A stretch of 64,000 nucleotides of DNA, from contig CAKVHZ010000002.1 of the NCBI GenBank assembly GCA_934754445.1, forward strand, positions 3,585 to 67,584, given 5' to 3'. This DNA is from an uncultured Clostridia bacterium (GTDB lineage Bacteria > Bacillota > Clostridia > Christensenellales > UBA1242). A program made the translations under genes and the position numbers. Under the pieces are notes generated by a model, which saw nothing but the letters and a program-made list of their open reading frames with translations, had not been told where the DNA came from and searched no databases. Positions 1-9,693 of this stretch are shown piece after piece (position 1 is the first letter of the stretch; every line of letters begins with the position of its first letter).

Positions 1-708
1 TTGACCTTCCTTACAGAATTGTTGATGTTCCATTTGTTCAAATTCTATTGTTCTAAAAATAAAGTTTCCCGGAGTTATTTCATTTCTAAAAGCCTTACCT
101 ATTTGTGCAATAGAAAAAGGAACTTTAGCACGCATACTTCGTTGAACATTTAAAAAGTTTACAAATTCGCCTTGTGCAGTTTCTGGACGAAGATAAATTG
201 TATCTTGATTATCGCCAATAACTCCACGAGATGTTTCAAACATTAATTTGAATTGACGAATAGGAGTAAAATTATGTTTACCACAGTTTGGGCAATTTAT
301 TTTATGGTCTTCAATAAATTGTTCCATTTCACTATTACTCATTTTATCAACTACAACATTTTCTATTTTATGTTTTTCACAATAATTTTCTATTAAATTA
401 TCGGCTCTATGACGAGTTTTACATTCCTTGCAGTCCATTTTAGGGTCTGAAAAAGATGTTGTATGACCGCTTGCATCCCATACACGAGAATTCATTAAAA
501 TAGCGGCATCTACACCATAAGCGTTTTTATTTTCTTGAACAAACATTTTCCACCAAGATTTTTTAATGTTGTTTTTAATTTCTACGCCAACTGGGCCATA
601 ATCCCAAGTATTACCCATGCCACCATATATTTCACTACCTTGGAAAATAATTCCACGATTTTTACATAAATTTACTATTTTATCCATTGTTGGATTATTA
701 ACTAACAT
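1..708 (-). CDS. glyQS: Glycine--tRNA ligase (class II, glyQS type), N-terminal 236 codons; gene continues beyond window start
   Basis: Own minus-strand translation from ATG 708-706: MLVNNPTMDKIVNLCKNRGIIFQGSEIYGGMGNTWDYGPVGVEIKNNIKKSWWKMFV...IGKAFRNEITPGNFIFRTIEFEQME. This is a typical GlyRS N-terminus. GAGGTGA SD at 717-711. Frame is open to position 1. Missing from the ORF track because it is edge-truncated. Confidence 0.9.
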   Translation of the reverse strand, partial: MLVNNPTMDKIVNLCKNRGIIFQGSEIYGGMGNTWDYGPVGVEIKNNIKKSWWKMFVQENKNAYGVDAAILMNSRVWDASGHTTSFSDPKMDCKECKTRHRADNLIENYCEKHKIENVVVDKMSNSEMEQFIEDHKINCPNCGKHNFTPIRQFKLMFETSRGVIGDNQDTIYLRPETAQGEFVNFLNVQRSMRAKVPFSIAQIGKAFRNEITPGNFIFRTIEFEQMEHQQFCKEGQ

Positions 709-727
709 ATTCACCTCTTATTTAAAT

Positions 728-756
728 ATTATAATAATATACTTTAATTAAGTCAA
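728..756 (-). promoter_or_regulatory. Candidate sigma-A promoter of glyQS
   Basis: Minus strand TTGACT (756-751), 17 nt, TATAAT (733-728). About 20 nt of leader containing the SD. Confidence 0.5.
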
Positions 757-786
757 CAAAATATGTATATTAAAAGATAAAAACTA

Positions 787-815
787 TTGAATTTAATTTA
801 TTTATATGATATAAT
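787..815 (+). promoter_or_regulatory. Candidate sigma-A promoter abutting ATG 823 (possible leaderless transcript)
   Basis: TTGAAT (787-792), 17 nt, TATAAT (810-815). Only 7 nt (ataaaat) separate the -10 from ATG 823, with no SD. Confidence 0.45.
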
Positions 816-822
816 ATAAAAT

Positions 823-1665
823 ATGGAAAAAGAAAATAAAAAAGTTATTGCCATTTGTTATGATTTTGATAAAACCTTAGGTTGTGAAGACTCTTGTTGG
901 TCTTATGGTTTTTTCAATAAACTCGGTGTTAAAGAAGATGATTTTTGGAGAGAACAAAACTCAAGCGAAATTTTAAAAACTATGGATCCTATTATTTCCT
1001 TTTTATATTTTTCGGTATATAAAGCAAAAAAAATGGGTGTTCCTTTTAAAAAACAAGATATTGAAAATGTTGGAAAAGATTTAAGATACTATAAAGGTGT
1101 TGAAACTTGGTTTGATAGAATCAATAAATATGGTGAAAGTAAAGGTTATTTAATAGAACATTACATGATAAGTGCTAGCATTAAAGAAGTTTTAGAGCAT
1201 TGCAGTATTGCTAAATATTTTAAAAAGATATATGCTAATAGTTATATTTACGATGAAGATAATAACCCTATCTGGCCTAAAAATATTGTCAATTCAACTG
1301 AAAAAACACAATATATTTTTAGAATTAATAAAGGTGTTTTAGATGAAAATGACCCTAAAGTAAATGATAAAACTAATATTAAGCGTATTCCATTTTGTAA
1401 CATGATTTATATTGGCGATAGTTTTACCGATATTCCTTGCATGAGTATTACTGTAAATAATGGTGGAACAAGTATAGGTGTGTATGACGACTTACCTGCT
1501 AAAAGAGAATTAATGCTTGATTTATTTAAAAAAGAAAGAATTAATAACTTTTGCAAGGCTGATTATAGTGAAAATAGTGAAATTGAAAATGTTGTTAAAT
1601 ATACTATTGATAAAATAAAACAAAATGACGACCTAAAAAAACAAGTTGAAGATTTATCAAAATAG
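823..1665 (+). CDS. HAD-superfamily hydrolase-like protein
   Basis: 280-aa ORF. ICYDFDKTLG (DxDxT-like motif I) and IYIGDSFTDIPCM (motif IV-like). Family-level call only. Confidence 0.55.
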   Translation: MEKENKKVIAICYDFDKTLGCEDSCWSYGFFNKLGVKEDDFWREQNSSEILKTMDPIISFLYFSVYKAKKMGVPFKKQDIENVGKDLRYYKGVETWFDRINKYGESKGYLIEHYMISASIKEVLEHCSIAKYFKKIYANSYIYDEDNNPIWPKNIVNSTEKTQYIFRINKGVLDENDPKVNDKTNIKRIPFCNMIYIGDSFTDIPCMSITVNNGGTSIGVYDDLPAKRELMLDLFKKERINNFCKADYSENSEIENVVKYTIDKIKQNDDLKKQVEDLSK

Positions 1666-1668
1666 CAT

Positions 1669-1695
1669 AAAAAAAGTGGCTCAGCCACTTTTTTA
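1669..1695. terminator. Bidirectional intrinsic terminator between convergent genes
   Basis: AAGTGGC-tca-GCCACTT hairpin (1674-1690) flanked by an A-run and a T-run. Confidence 0.7.
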
Positions 1696-2862
1696 ATTAC
1701 TAGTAAATTTACCTGCACCCATGTTCTCATAAAAAACATTTTCTACTAGGTCTAAAACCCCTACTACATTATCACTTTGTCTTAATGCTGGAATAAAATT
1801 TCTAATTAAATTATTATTTGTGTCATACATTTTTAAACTTTCTAGTTTCCAACTTGCTGACCAAGTAGTATCTATCCATGAACCAAACGTAATAATATTT
1901 TCATTAGTGTTACCACTAATTGTTAAACTAAAATTTTTAATACCATCATTAATTAAATTAACGTTTGTATTTGCACTAATTGTTATTCCGTTCGCTTCGA
2001 AGCCACCCGATTTAGCACAAATCCATGGTGCTTGTCTAGATGTAGATGAAGTCCACGAAGAAAATATCATAGGTTTACCTGCATTAGTAGAAGTAAAACA
2101 CATAGAAACATCTATTTTTGATACATTTTTCCACATCACATCGGTTTTAAAACTATTTAAGTAACCTTGTGCTGAATTATTTTGTGCTTCTACATAATCT
2201 TTCTTTACATAACCAGCAGGAATATTTGAGCCCATAGTTATTAATTTTGTTTGAGCGCTTTCAATTGATAAATTTGCTTGTTGTATTGCAAAAATCTTTA
2301 AAGTAACTTCCGTTTCTATACCTTGGTTTTCAAGGTCTTCACTTATCTTTGCATTTATTGTAAAACTATGTGCTGTATCTGTGCTTTTTAATGCACCAAC
2401 CTTTAAGGTTGTTTCCGCTGTTTCCGTTCCGTCGGTAGCGATTTTTACAACACTACCATTATCTATTCTATAACAATTTGTTCCATCACTAAAATATGTT
2501 GCATTTGTAAAAATACCATTTGTATCTGTTAAAAATACTAAATAATAAGCATCTTCACTAGTAGATTCTAATCCAACTGATAATTGAATGTTTACAATAT
2601 CTCCGGGCATAACTTTTCCAGTATCGGCCACGTTAGGGTTTGAACGAGTTAAACTAAACATTTTAGATGAAGTAAACTCTGCGCCATCTTTATCTGTTAC
2701 TTTTAATTTAATTTCGCCAAAATTTAATTCTCCATTAAAATGTTTACTATCGGTAAAATATGCCATGGTTAAACCAATTAATGTTATTAGCATTAATATT
2801 GTTACAATCATTAAGATTAACACTTTGTTACTTATTTTCTTAACCTTTTTCACCAACAACAT
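1693..2862 (-). CDS. Secreted TasA/camelysin-like protein (SipW-type signal peptide) fused to a C-terminal jelly-roll-like domain
   Basis: N-terminus KVLILMIVTILMLITLIGLTMAYFTDSK carries the AYFTD motif of SipW-dependent signal peptides. NFGEIKLKV...MPGDIVNIQLSV resembles the TasA/peptidase-M73 beta-sandwich. The C-terminal ~170 aa end in ...LIRNFIPALRQSDNVVGVLDLVENVFYENMGAGKFTSN. Confidence 0.6.
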   Translation of the reverse strand: MLLVKKVKKISNKVLILMIVTILMLITLIGLTMAYFTDSKHFNGELNFGEIKLKVTDKDGAEFTSSKMFSLTRSNPNVADTGKVMPGDIVNIQLSVGLESTSEDAYYLVFLTDTNGIFTNATYFSDGTNCYRIDNGSVVKIATDGTETAETTLKVGALKSTDTAHSFTINAKISEDLENQGIETEVTLKIFAIQQANLSIESAQTKLITMGSNIPAGYVKKDYVEAQNNSAQGYLNSFKTDVMWKNVSKIDVSMCFTSTNAGKPMIFSSWTSSTSRQAPWICAKSGGFEANGITISANTNVNLINDGIKNFSLTISGNTNENIITFGSWIDTTWSASWKLESLKMYDTNNNLIRNFIPALRQSDNVVGVLDLVENVFYENMGAGKFTSN

Positions 2863-3009
2863 CTCCTTATTTATTATACCCCGATTTACATATTAAACTC
2901 AAAATTTTTTTGTTTAATTAAAAATCTATACTTATTAATTTCATTAACTAGAAAATTTTATAACACCAGTTTTTGCATTACTTTTTCCTAATAGATAATA
3001 TCGCATTTT

Positions 3010-3026
3010 TTGACATTTCTTGTCAA
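3010..3026. promoter_or_regulatory. Palindrome TTGACA-N5-TGTCAA upstream of the TasA-like gene (candidate operator or -35 element)
   Basis: ttgacatttcttgtcaa, about 150 bp upstream of start 2862. Confidence 0.2.
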
Positions 3027-3121
3027 GCAATTTAATCTATTTATTAAAAATAATTATCAATATTTCACTAACCACAACTTACTATTACTAAAATAAAAGT
3101 TAATTTATTTATAATAAAACC

Positions 3122-4159
3122 CTACAATTTTTGTAAAGTATTTTTAGATTTAAAACCTTGTTTTTTATTGTAAGCAAAAATTTTAAATAAAAATATTAAA
3201 CCTATTATTCCTTGAATAGGATATATAAAATTGATAATATTATTAAAACCAAAAAAACTTAACATATAACCAAGTGTTAATATAATAGAAGATGATATAA
3301 TTTTATTAATTTTAAAATTATTAATTAACATATATAAGCAACTAATTAAACTTGTTAAAACCGAAAACCACAAAATAAAACTAAACAAATATCCTACAAC
3401 ATTATTTATATTAAATGCTAAACTAAGCATGGGTAAAGCATTATTATAATTTGTAGTTTTTATTAGTGCTATGTTAATTAATAAAATTAATCCACCCAAA
3501 ATTATAGATATTACTAATGCATTTATTTTTGTTTTTTTGTTACAAAAATTTATAGAGTTTTCCACTACTAAACTACTAGAAAAAACTATATTATAACTTA
3601 TATAACAAAAACCTAACAGCAAATACTCAAAAAAGTTAATGAAGGTTATATTGATTGTTTGAAAGTTTTTAAAGTTAGCAAAAATATTAAAAAGTGTAAC
3701 AAAAATAATTAATAATATTACAACTGGCATTAAAAAGTTGTTAACTTTTTTTATTGCATTATAACCAAGTTCACAAATAAATAATGCAAAAAATAAACTT
3801 ACAATAGTGAGAATAGGGAAATTTATATTTTTAAAAATTAAACCACCTATGCTGTTTAACCCTGCTATCATAGCAATAATAAAAACAAAAAGACTTAAGT
3901 AAATAAAAACATTAAAAAAAGTTACATTTTTAAATAAAGTTTTATTTATTTCTTTTATTGTTTTCGACTTCGTAATTCTTCCAAATTTAATTAATTCTTT
4001 TAAACTTATGTATAAAAATATTGTTGATAAAATTATAATTAAATAACTAAGTTTTCCACTTCCAGTAAAAAAAGTTAGAATTTCTTGTCCAGAAGAAAAA
4101 CCAGCCCCAATTATAGAGCCGATTATTAACATAATAAAACTTATATCTAAATATTTCAC
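3122..4159 (-). CDS. YkvI-family polytopic membrane protein (putative transporter)
   Basis: 345 aa, about 10 hydrophobic segments. GAGFSSGQEILTFF motif near the N-terminus. Start ambiguous: GTG 4159 or ATG 4132. Confidence 0.6.
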   Translation of the reverse strand: MKYLDISFIMLIIGSIIGAGFSSGQEILTFFTGSGKLSYLIIILSTIFLYISLKELIKFGRITKSKTIKEINKTLFKNVTFFNVFIYLSLFVFIIAMIAGLNSIGGLIFKNINFPILTIVSLFFALFICELGYNAIKKVNNFLMPVVILLIIFVTLFNIFANFKNFQTINITFINFFEYLLLGFCYISYNIVFSSSLVVENSINFCNKKTKINALVISIILGGLILLINIALIKTTNYNNALPMLSLAFNINNVVGYLFSFILWFSVLTSLISCLYMLINNFKINKIISSSIILTLGYMLSFFGFNNIINFIYPIQGIIGLIFLFKIFAYNKKQGFKSKNTLQKL

Positions 4160-4225
4160 ACAATATTATATTCTAGGAAGTTAAGAGTAATACAAAAATT
4201 TATTATATTACAAAAACTACAAAAT

Positions 4226-4927
4226 TTAAACTTCGTCTTGAATATTTATTCTATGGCATTGTTCACATTCGGTATAACCTTTTGTTTTTATATCATCAAG
4301 TTTATGAATAGATTGTGCCATTCTACAATAGCCACAATTTTTGCCATCAGTAAGTTTAACTATAACAGGAAAAACCCCTTCCCTTTTTGCATTTTTATAT
4401 TTTTGTAAAAGTTCGGGATTTATGTTTTTTTCTTGTTTTAGCATTGCTTCTTTAATGCCAACTGTTTCTGGTTCAACTTGTTGTTTTAATTTGTCAAGTT
4501 CAACCTTATTTTCATCAAATACTTTTTTACTAGAAATAACTTGTTTTTTACAATTATCAAATTCGTCTAAGTATTTTTTCATTGAATTTTCTAAAATGTT
4601 TAATCTTGTAATTAATTCATCTAAATTTTTCATTATAGGTTTAATTTTATTAACAATATCTATACAAGTTTTTTCATCTAAATTATCTAAATTCGTTTCT
4701 GTATATTTTTTAACAAGTTCTAAACCTTTTGCTTTAACTTGTGTTATTTTATTGATTTCTTCTGCTAATTTTTTTGCTTCTTCGTTAATAGTAAGCATTC
4801 TCATTTGGCTTTTTTTAGCGGTTTCTTTACTTGCATGAATTTTTTTATTATATTCACTTGCGGTAAATTTTTTTTCAATCTTTTTTAATTCAATATCTAA
4901 TTGTTGATATTTATATAATTCGTTCAT
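4226..4927 (-). CDS. Coiled-coil / C4 zinc-ribbon protein (COG1579, DUF164-like)
   Basis: 233 aa. Long K/E-rich coiled coil, then CGYC...CEQC zinc ribbon. Lies downstream of trmK as in many Firmicutes. 1-nt overlap with trmK. Confidence 0.65.
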   Translation of the reverse strand: MNELYKYQQLDIELKKIEKKFTASEYNKKIHASKETAKKSQMRMLTINEEAKKLAEEINKITQVKAKGLELVKKYTETNLDNLDEKTCIDIVNKIKPIMKNLDELITRLNILENSMKKYLDEFDNCKKQVISSKKVFDENKVELDKLKQQVEPETVGIKEAMLKQEKNINPELLQKYKNAKREGVFPVIVKLTDGKNCGYCRMAQSIHKLDDIKTKGYTECEQCHRINIQDEV

Positions 4928-5646
4928 TATAAAAACTTCCTTCTTTTATTTAATTCAATTTCGCCATTCTCTAGTTTTTCTAAATAATTTAAACCTGCTT
5001 CTACATATATTAAATGTGCTTCGTTGCTTTTTGTTAGTCCATTTAAAGTTGCCTTTAAATTTTCTAGTCTTTCTTTTTCTTCAAGTAAATAATCTTTAAA
5101 TACTTCTGTATTAAAGTCAAAATTATCTTTACCAAAATAAATTTCCATAGGTTTTAAATTATTTCTGCCCTTAGTTACTTTAATAACATTATAATATATG
5201 CCATCATCATATACCAAATAATCAAAAATGATTTTATAATTATTGTTTATTAAATATTCTCTAAGTTTTACAACATCTCGCATAGGTTGAAGGACAAAAT
5301 TTTTAAGTTTTAAAGTTTTTTCTTCTAAAATTTTTATTATTTCCATTCCACCCATGCCAGCAATAACTGCTTGTTTAACTTTATCATTTTTATAAATAAC
5401 TTTAAATCCGTCGCCTTCTCTAAAACTTACATAATTATTTATGTTTAAAGAATCACAAAAAACAATCGCTTTATTTAAACTTCTTTCGCTTATATCAGTT
5501 GCAACAACTTTATCACATTTATTAGATAAAATTAGTTCTGCTGTAACATAACCGTGGTCGCAACCAATGTCAGCAATAACAGAAGTTCTATCACATAAAT
5601 TTACAATATTTTCAAGTCTGTTGCTTAAATTCAATAATGTACTCAT
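4927..5646 (-). CDS. trmK: tRNA (adenine22-N1)-methyltransferase TrmK
   Basis: IADIGCDHGYV SAM-MTase motif. dnaG-sigA-trmK synteny. Confidence 0.8.
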   Translation of the reverse strand: MSTLLNLSNRLENIVNLCDRTSVIADIGCDHGYVTAELILSNKCDKVVATDISERSLNKAIVFCDSLNINNYVSFREGDGFKVIYKNDKVKQAVIAGMGGMEIIKILEEKTLKLKNFVLQPMRDVVKLREYLINNNYKIIFDYLVYDDGIYYNVIKVTKGRNNLKPMEIYFGKDNFDFNTEVFKDYLLEEKERLENLKATLNGLTKSNEAHLIYVEAGLNYLEKLENGEIELNKRRKFL

Positions 5647-5658
5647 TTGTTTTCTCCT

Positions 5659-6735
5659 TTAAAAGAAATCCTTTAATTTTTTACTTCTTGATGGATTCCT
5701 TAATTTTCGTAATGCTTTCGCCTCTATTTGACGAATTCTTTCTCTTGTAACATTAAACTCTAACCCAACTTGCTCTAAGGTTTTAGGAAAACCATCATCT
5801 AAACCATATCTCATACGAATTACTTTCTGTTCTCTTGGAGTTAAAGTATCTATTACTGATAGTAGTTGTTGACGAAGTAAGCTTCGAGTAGTTGCTTCAT
5901 AAGGTGAAATTGAAGTTTCATCAACGGCTTTATCGCCAATTTTACCACTTTCGCTATCATCAGTTCCCATTGGGTCTTCAAGTGATGCTGGTTCCATTTG
6001 AATTCTTTTTATTTCGCTAACCTTATCTTCTGATATTCCCATCTTTTTAGATAATTCTTCTATAGTGGGTTCTCTACCTAATTCTTGAGTTAATTCTTTA
6101 GTTGCACGAACTAATTTATTAATTGTTTCTACCATATGAACTGGTAAACGAATTTGACGAGATTGATCTGCTATTGCTCTTGTTATATGTTGACGAATCC
6201 ACCAAGTTCCATAAGTTGAAAATTTAAAGCCACGAGTATAATCGAATTTTTCAACAGCTTTTAATAAACCTAAATTACCTTCTTGAATTAAATCTAAAAA
6301 TTGAAGATTTCTACCAGCATATTTTTTTGCAATTGCAACAACTAATCTTAAGTTGCATTCACAAAGTCGTTTTTTTGCCTCTTCATCGCCTTGTTGAATT
6401 CTTTTAGCTAGTTCGATTTCTTCATCGGCAGAAAGTAGTGGTGCTCGTCCTATTTCCTTTAAATATATCTTAACTGGGTCATCACTGGCAACATTTTTCA
6501 TTAAACTTTCTAATTGTTCAATGTCTATTTCTTCTTCTTTAGGGTCGCTTTTTATAACCTTAACACCTTTAGATTTTATTTTATCAACGATTTCTTGAAT
6601 TTCTGCACTAGTTATTTCATTTTCGTATTTTATAAATTTTGAAACTATGTCTTCATCTTCACTTAAAATGTTATTTTTCTTTTTTGCTACTTCTAAAATC
6701 TTTTTTATTTCTGGTTCAAATTTTTCGTTAATCAA
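5659..6735 (-). CDS. sigA: Primary RNA polymerase sigma factor SigA/RpoD
   Basis: [72 protein letters not shown]. Overlaps the dnaG stop. Confidence 0.95.
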   Translation of the reverse strand: MINEKFEPEIKKILEVAKKKNNILSEDEDIVSKFIKYENEITSAEIQEIVDKIKSKGVKVIKSDPKEEEIDIEQLESLMKNVASDDPVKIYLKEIGRAPLLSADEEIELAKRIQQGDEEAKKRLCECNLRLVVAIAKKYAGRNLQFLDLIQEGNLGLLKAVEKFDYTRGFKFSTYGTWWIRQHITRAIADQSRQIRLPVHMVETINKLVRATKELTQELGREPTIEELSKKMGISEDKVSEIKRIQMEPASLEDPMGTDDSESGKIGDKAVDETSISPYEATTRSLLRQQLLSVIDTLTPREQKVIRMRYGLDDGFPKTLEQVGLEFNVTRERIRQIEAKALRKLRNPSRSKKLKDFF

Positions 6736-8500
6736 TTTTATCCTCCACCTTTAATTTTGAAATTTCTTTTGTTATTTCTTGTAATAGTTTTCCATATTCT
6801 TTACGCTCATCTATATTATCAGCCTCCATAACTTTATTAGTGTAAAGAGTCTGTTGTTTCATAAGTTCATCAAGTTTTAAAATCTTTTCACAGTCTTCAA
6901 AATATTTACTATCAATTTCATTTGAAGAAAATTGATAATTTATTAACTCATTTAAAGATTTATCATCACTTTCTAAACTATCAAATAATGCTCCAATAAT
7001 TGGTTCTTTTTTTTGTTCATTGCATTCTTTTAAATATTCATAAACAGTTTTAAAACTAAAATTATTAAAGTTGTTCATTTCTATAAACTTAGCATAAGGC
7101 TTTTTATGCAATAAACTTGCTAAAATAAATAACTGACTTTTATAAACATTATCGGTTAAAATTATTGGAATAAAATTTTCTTTTTTCTCTTGTTTCGTTG
7201 GCATATCTAGTTGCATTAAATCTCGTTTTAAAACATCTATTGCCACTTTACTAATATCTTTAATAAGTTTTAAATAAATTTCTCGCTCACTATTAGTTTT
7301 AATTTCCCTAACTATATTTAAACTTTCTTTAATAAATTTACTAAGCATTAATTTATCGTTTAAATTATAACCCTTAGATAAATTAATTATTCTATATTCA
7401 AAACAATCTTTAGCATTTTGTATTTGCTCATGCATTTTTTCTGTGCCGTATTTTTTAACATATTCATCAGGGTCTAAATTTTCTGGAAGTGTTACACAAT
7501 ATATATCAAAATCTTCATTTTTTAAAACATCAATTGCTTTAAGTGTGGCTTTTTGCCCAGCACTATCACCATCAAAACAAAGTATAATTTTATTGCAAAA
7601 TCGTTTTAATTCTTTTGCGTGTAATTGAGTAAAGGCTGTTCCCATAGTAGCAACTGCATTAGTAAAACCTGCATTATGCATACCAATAACATCCATTTGA
7701 CCTTCTACTATAATTATTTCGTTTAACTTTCCTTCGTTTTTTAGTTGTTTTAAAAACTGAATTCCAAAAACAACTTTACTTTTATCAAAAACAATTGTTT
7801 GTGGCGAGTTTTTATATTTAGCAAGTTTAGGATTATCTTCTAAAATTCTTGATGAAAAACCTATTACTTCGTTAAAACTATTTTTTATAGGAAAAGTTAA
7901 TCTTTCAAACATACTATCAAAAATATGTCCGTTCTTCTCCCCAACTAGTCCTGCTAATTTCATAGTGTAATTTGATATATTTTTACTACTTAAATATTTA
8001 ACTAAACTACTAAAATCTTTGCTGTAACCTAGTTCGAATTTTTTAACAACATCTCCACTTATTCCACGCTTTTTTATGTAATTAACCGCGTTTTCGCTTT
8101 GTTCTAAATTGCTTTGATAATAGTTATTTGCTTCTTTTAAAGCATTTAAAACTTCTTCTTTTTCTTTTTTCTTTTTGTATATATTTTCATCTAGCATAAC
8201 TTCAGGCAAGTCCATATGTGCATTATCTGCTAAAAGTTTAACGGCGTCCATAAAGTCTATGCTTTCCATTTCTTCAATAAATTTAATAACATCTCCACTT
8301 TTGCCACAGCCAAAACAATGATAATATTGTTCTAACGAATTAACAGCAAAAGATGGTGTTTTTTCATGATGAAACGGACAACATCCCCAATAAGTGTTAC
8401 CCGATTGTTTTAAATTTACATATTTAGAGATTACACTAACTAAATCATTATTATATTTAAGTTTCTCTAAAAAATCCGCATTAAAACCAAATTTCTGCAT
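6728..8500 (-). CDS. dnaG: DNA primase DnaG
   Basis: [11 protein letters not shown] zinc finger. TOPRIM motifs IVEGQMDV and [12 protein letters not shown]. Confidence 0.95.
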   Translation of the reverse strand: MQKFGFNADFLEKLKYNNDLVSVISKYVNLKQSGNTYWGCCPFHHEKTPSFAVNSLEQYYHCFGCGKSGDVIKFIEEMESIDFMDAVKLLADNAHMDLPEVMLDENIYKKKKEKEEVLNALKEANNYYQSNLEQSENAVNYIKKRGISGDVVKKFELGYSKDFSSLVKYLSSKNISNYTMKLAGLVGEKNGHIFDSMFERLTFPIKNSFNEVIGFSSRILEDNPKLAKYKNSPQTIVFDKSKVVFGIQFLKQLKNEGKLNEIIIVEGQMDVIGMHNAGFTNAVATMGTAFTQLHAKELKRFCNKIILCFDGDSAGQKATLKAIDVLKNEDFDIYCVTLPENLDPDEYVKKYGTEKMHEQIQNAKDCFEYRIINLSKGYNLNDKLMLSKFIKESLNIVREIKTNSEREIYLKLIKDISKVAIDVLKRDLMQLDMPTKQEKKENFIPIILTDNVYKSQLFILASLLHKKPYAKFIEMNNFNNFSFKTVYEYLKECNEQKKEPIIGALFDSLESDDKSLNELINYQFSSNEIDSKYFEDCEKILKLDELMKQQTLYTNKVMEADNIDERKEYGKLLQEITKEISKLKVEDKID

Positions 8501-8589
8501 ATTCTTTTGTTTCCCTTAATATACATATTATTTATACACAAAAAATTTAAAAAATCCTTTATTTTTTTAAAATTTTTTAAAAAATAATA

Positions 8590-8615
8590 TAAAAAAGTGC
8601 CCCTTAGCACTTTTC
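8590..8615 (-). terminator. Intrinsic terminator after the mreB-like gene
   Basis: AGTGC-N6-GCACT hairpin, followed by a U-run on the minus strand. Confidence 0.55.
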
Positions 8616-8641
8616 TATACAAAATAGTTATATAAATATAA

Positions 8642-9643
8642 TTAAGTTAAATTTATTATTTTGTTTAAATATTTTTCATCTGCAATTAATTTACCAAGAC
8701 CTAAAACAACAGCATTATCGGCATTTTCGCTAATTAAAACTGGAAGATTTAAGTTTTTAGACAAATAATTTTCAAGTCCTGTTAAATTTGCTAATCCACC
8801 AGTAACAATTATTCCGTTTATAGATAAATCAGACACAATATCTGGAGTTGCTGAATTAATTAAAACTTTAATTGCCATATAAACTTTTTGAAAATAAAAT
8901 TCTAAAGTATCTCTTAATTGCTCCGCCCCAACAACTTCGGTTTTAGGGCTTTTTGTGTTTATATCTACACCGCTAAATTCAATATTTGTTAAATCGTTAT
9001 AAAACAAACTACCCACTTCGGTTTTTAATTTTTCACTAGTTAAGTTTGAAATTTGCATATCCATAAACTGATTAACATAAAGTTTAATTGCTTCATCAAT
9101 TTTATTGCCACCAAAATATAGTGAAAAACCTTTAATTATTTGATTAAGACTACAAATGGCCATATCAATTGTTCCGCCACCTAAATTTAAACTTAAATAA
9201 CCACTTGCTTTGTCTATATTAATATTTGCTCCAAGCAATGCCATTAAAACACTAGGCACTAAACTAACTTTGCTTGCACCAAGTTTTAATCCTAAATTTT
9301 TAAAGTTTAAAATTTCTTCTTCATTTAACCCACAAGGAACTGAAAAAACTATTTCGAATTTTTCATTATTATATAAAATTTTATTAATAAAATATGCAAG
9401 TAAACTTTCCGCTAATCGCATATCATAAATTGTTCCATTTAAAATAGGAGAAACAAATTCTATATCTTCATTAGTTTTGCCTAACATTTTTTTGGCATTT
9501 AATCCAAAATCTACTATTTTCATTTCGCCCATACTTTCACTTATTGCAAGCATAGTAGGTTCTTTTAAAACAATACCTGTATGCTTTTTGTAAATGCTTG
9601 TGTTTGTAGAGCCAAAATCTATACCCAAAATTGTTTTTGCCAT
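8642..9643 (-). CDS. MreB/Mbl-family actin-like protein (divergent)
   Basis: 333 aa. LGIDFGSTNTSIY..GIVLKEPTMLA, LNLGGGTIDMAI, IIVTGGLANLTGLENYL, and PVLISENADNAVVLGLGK align with the MreB phosphate and adenosine motifs. Confidence 0.7.
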   Translation of the reverse strand: MAKTILGIDFGSTNTSIYKKHTGIVLKEPTMLAISESMGEMKIVDFGLNAKKMLGKTNEDIEFVSPILNGTIYDMRLAESLLAYFINKILYNNEKFEIVFSVPCGLNEEEILNFKNLGLKLGASKVSLVPSVLMALLGANINIDKASGYLSLNLGGGTIDMAICSLNQIIKGFSLYFGGNKIDEAIKLYVNQFMDMQISNLTSEKLKTEVGSLFYNDLTNIEFSGVDINTKSPKTEVVGAEQLRDTLEFYFQKVYMAIKVLINSATPDIVSDLSINGIIVTGGLANLTGLENYLSKNLNLPVLISENADNAVVLGLGKLIADEKYLNKIINLT

Positions 9644-9693
9644 ATTAACTCCTAATTAATTATAACAAATAAATTTTATTTTTACAATTAATT

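Noticed and set aside
1820-2896. Plus-strand ORFs 1820..2164 and 2588..2896 inside the TasA-like gene.
   Set aside because: Both are antisense to a longer ORF with recognisable motifs. Their products are low-complexity and hydrophobic, typical of antisense frames in AT-rich DNA. Neither has an SD.
4341-4838. 165-aa plus-strand ORF antisense to the zinc-ribbon/coiled-coil gene.
   Set aside because: It is the mirror frame of a K/E-rich coiled-coil gene, which gives an S/F/L-rich product. There is no SD, and it is fully nested.
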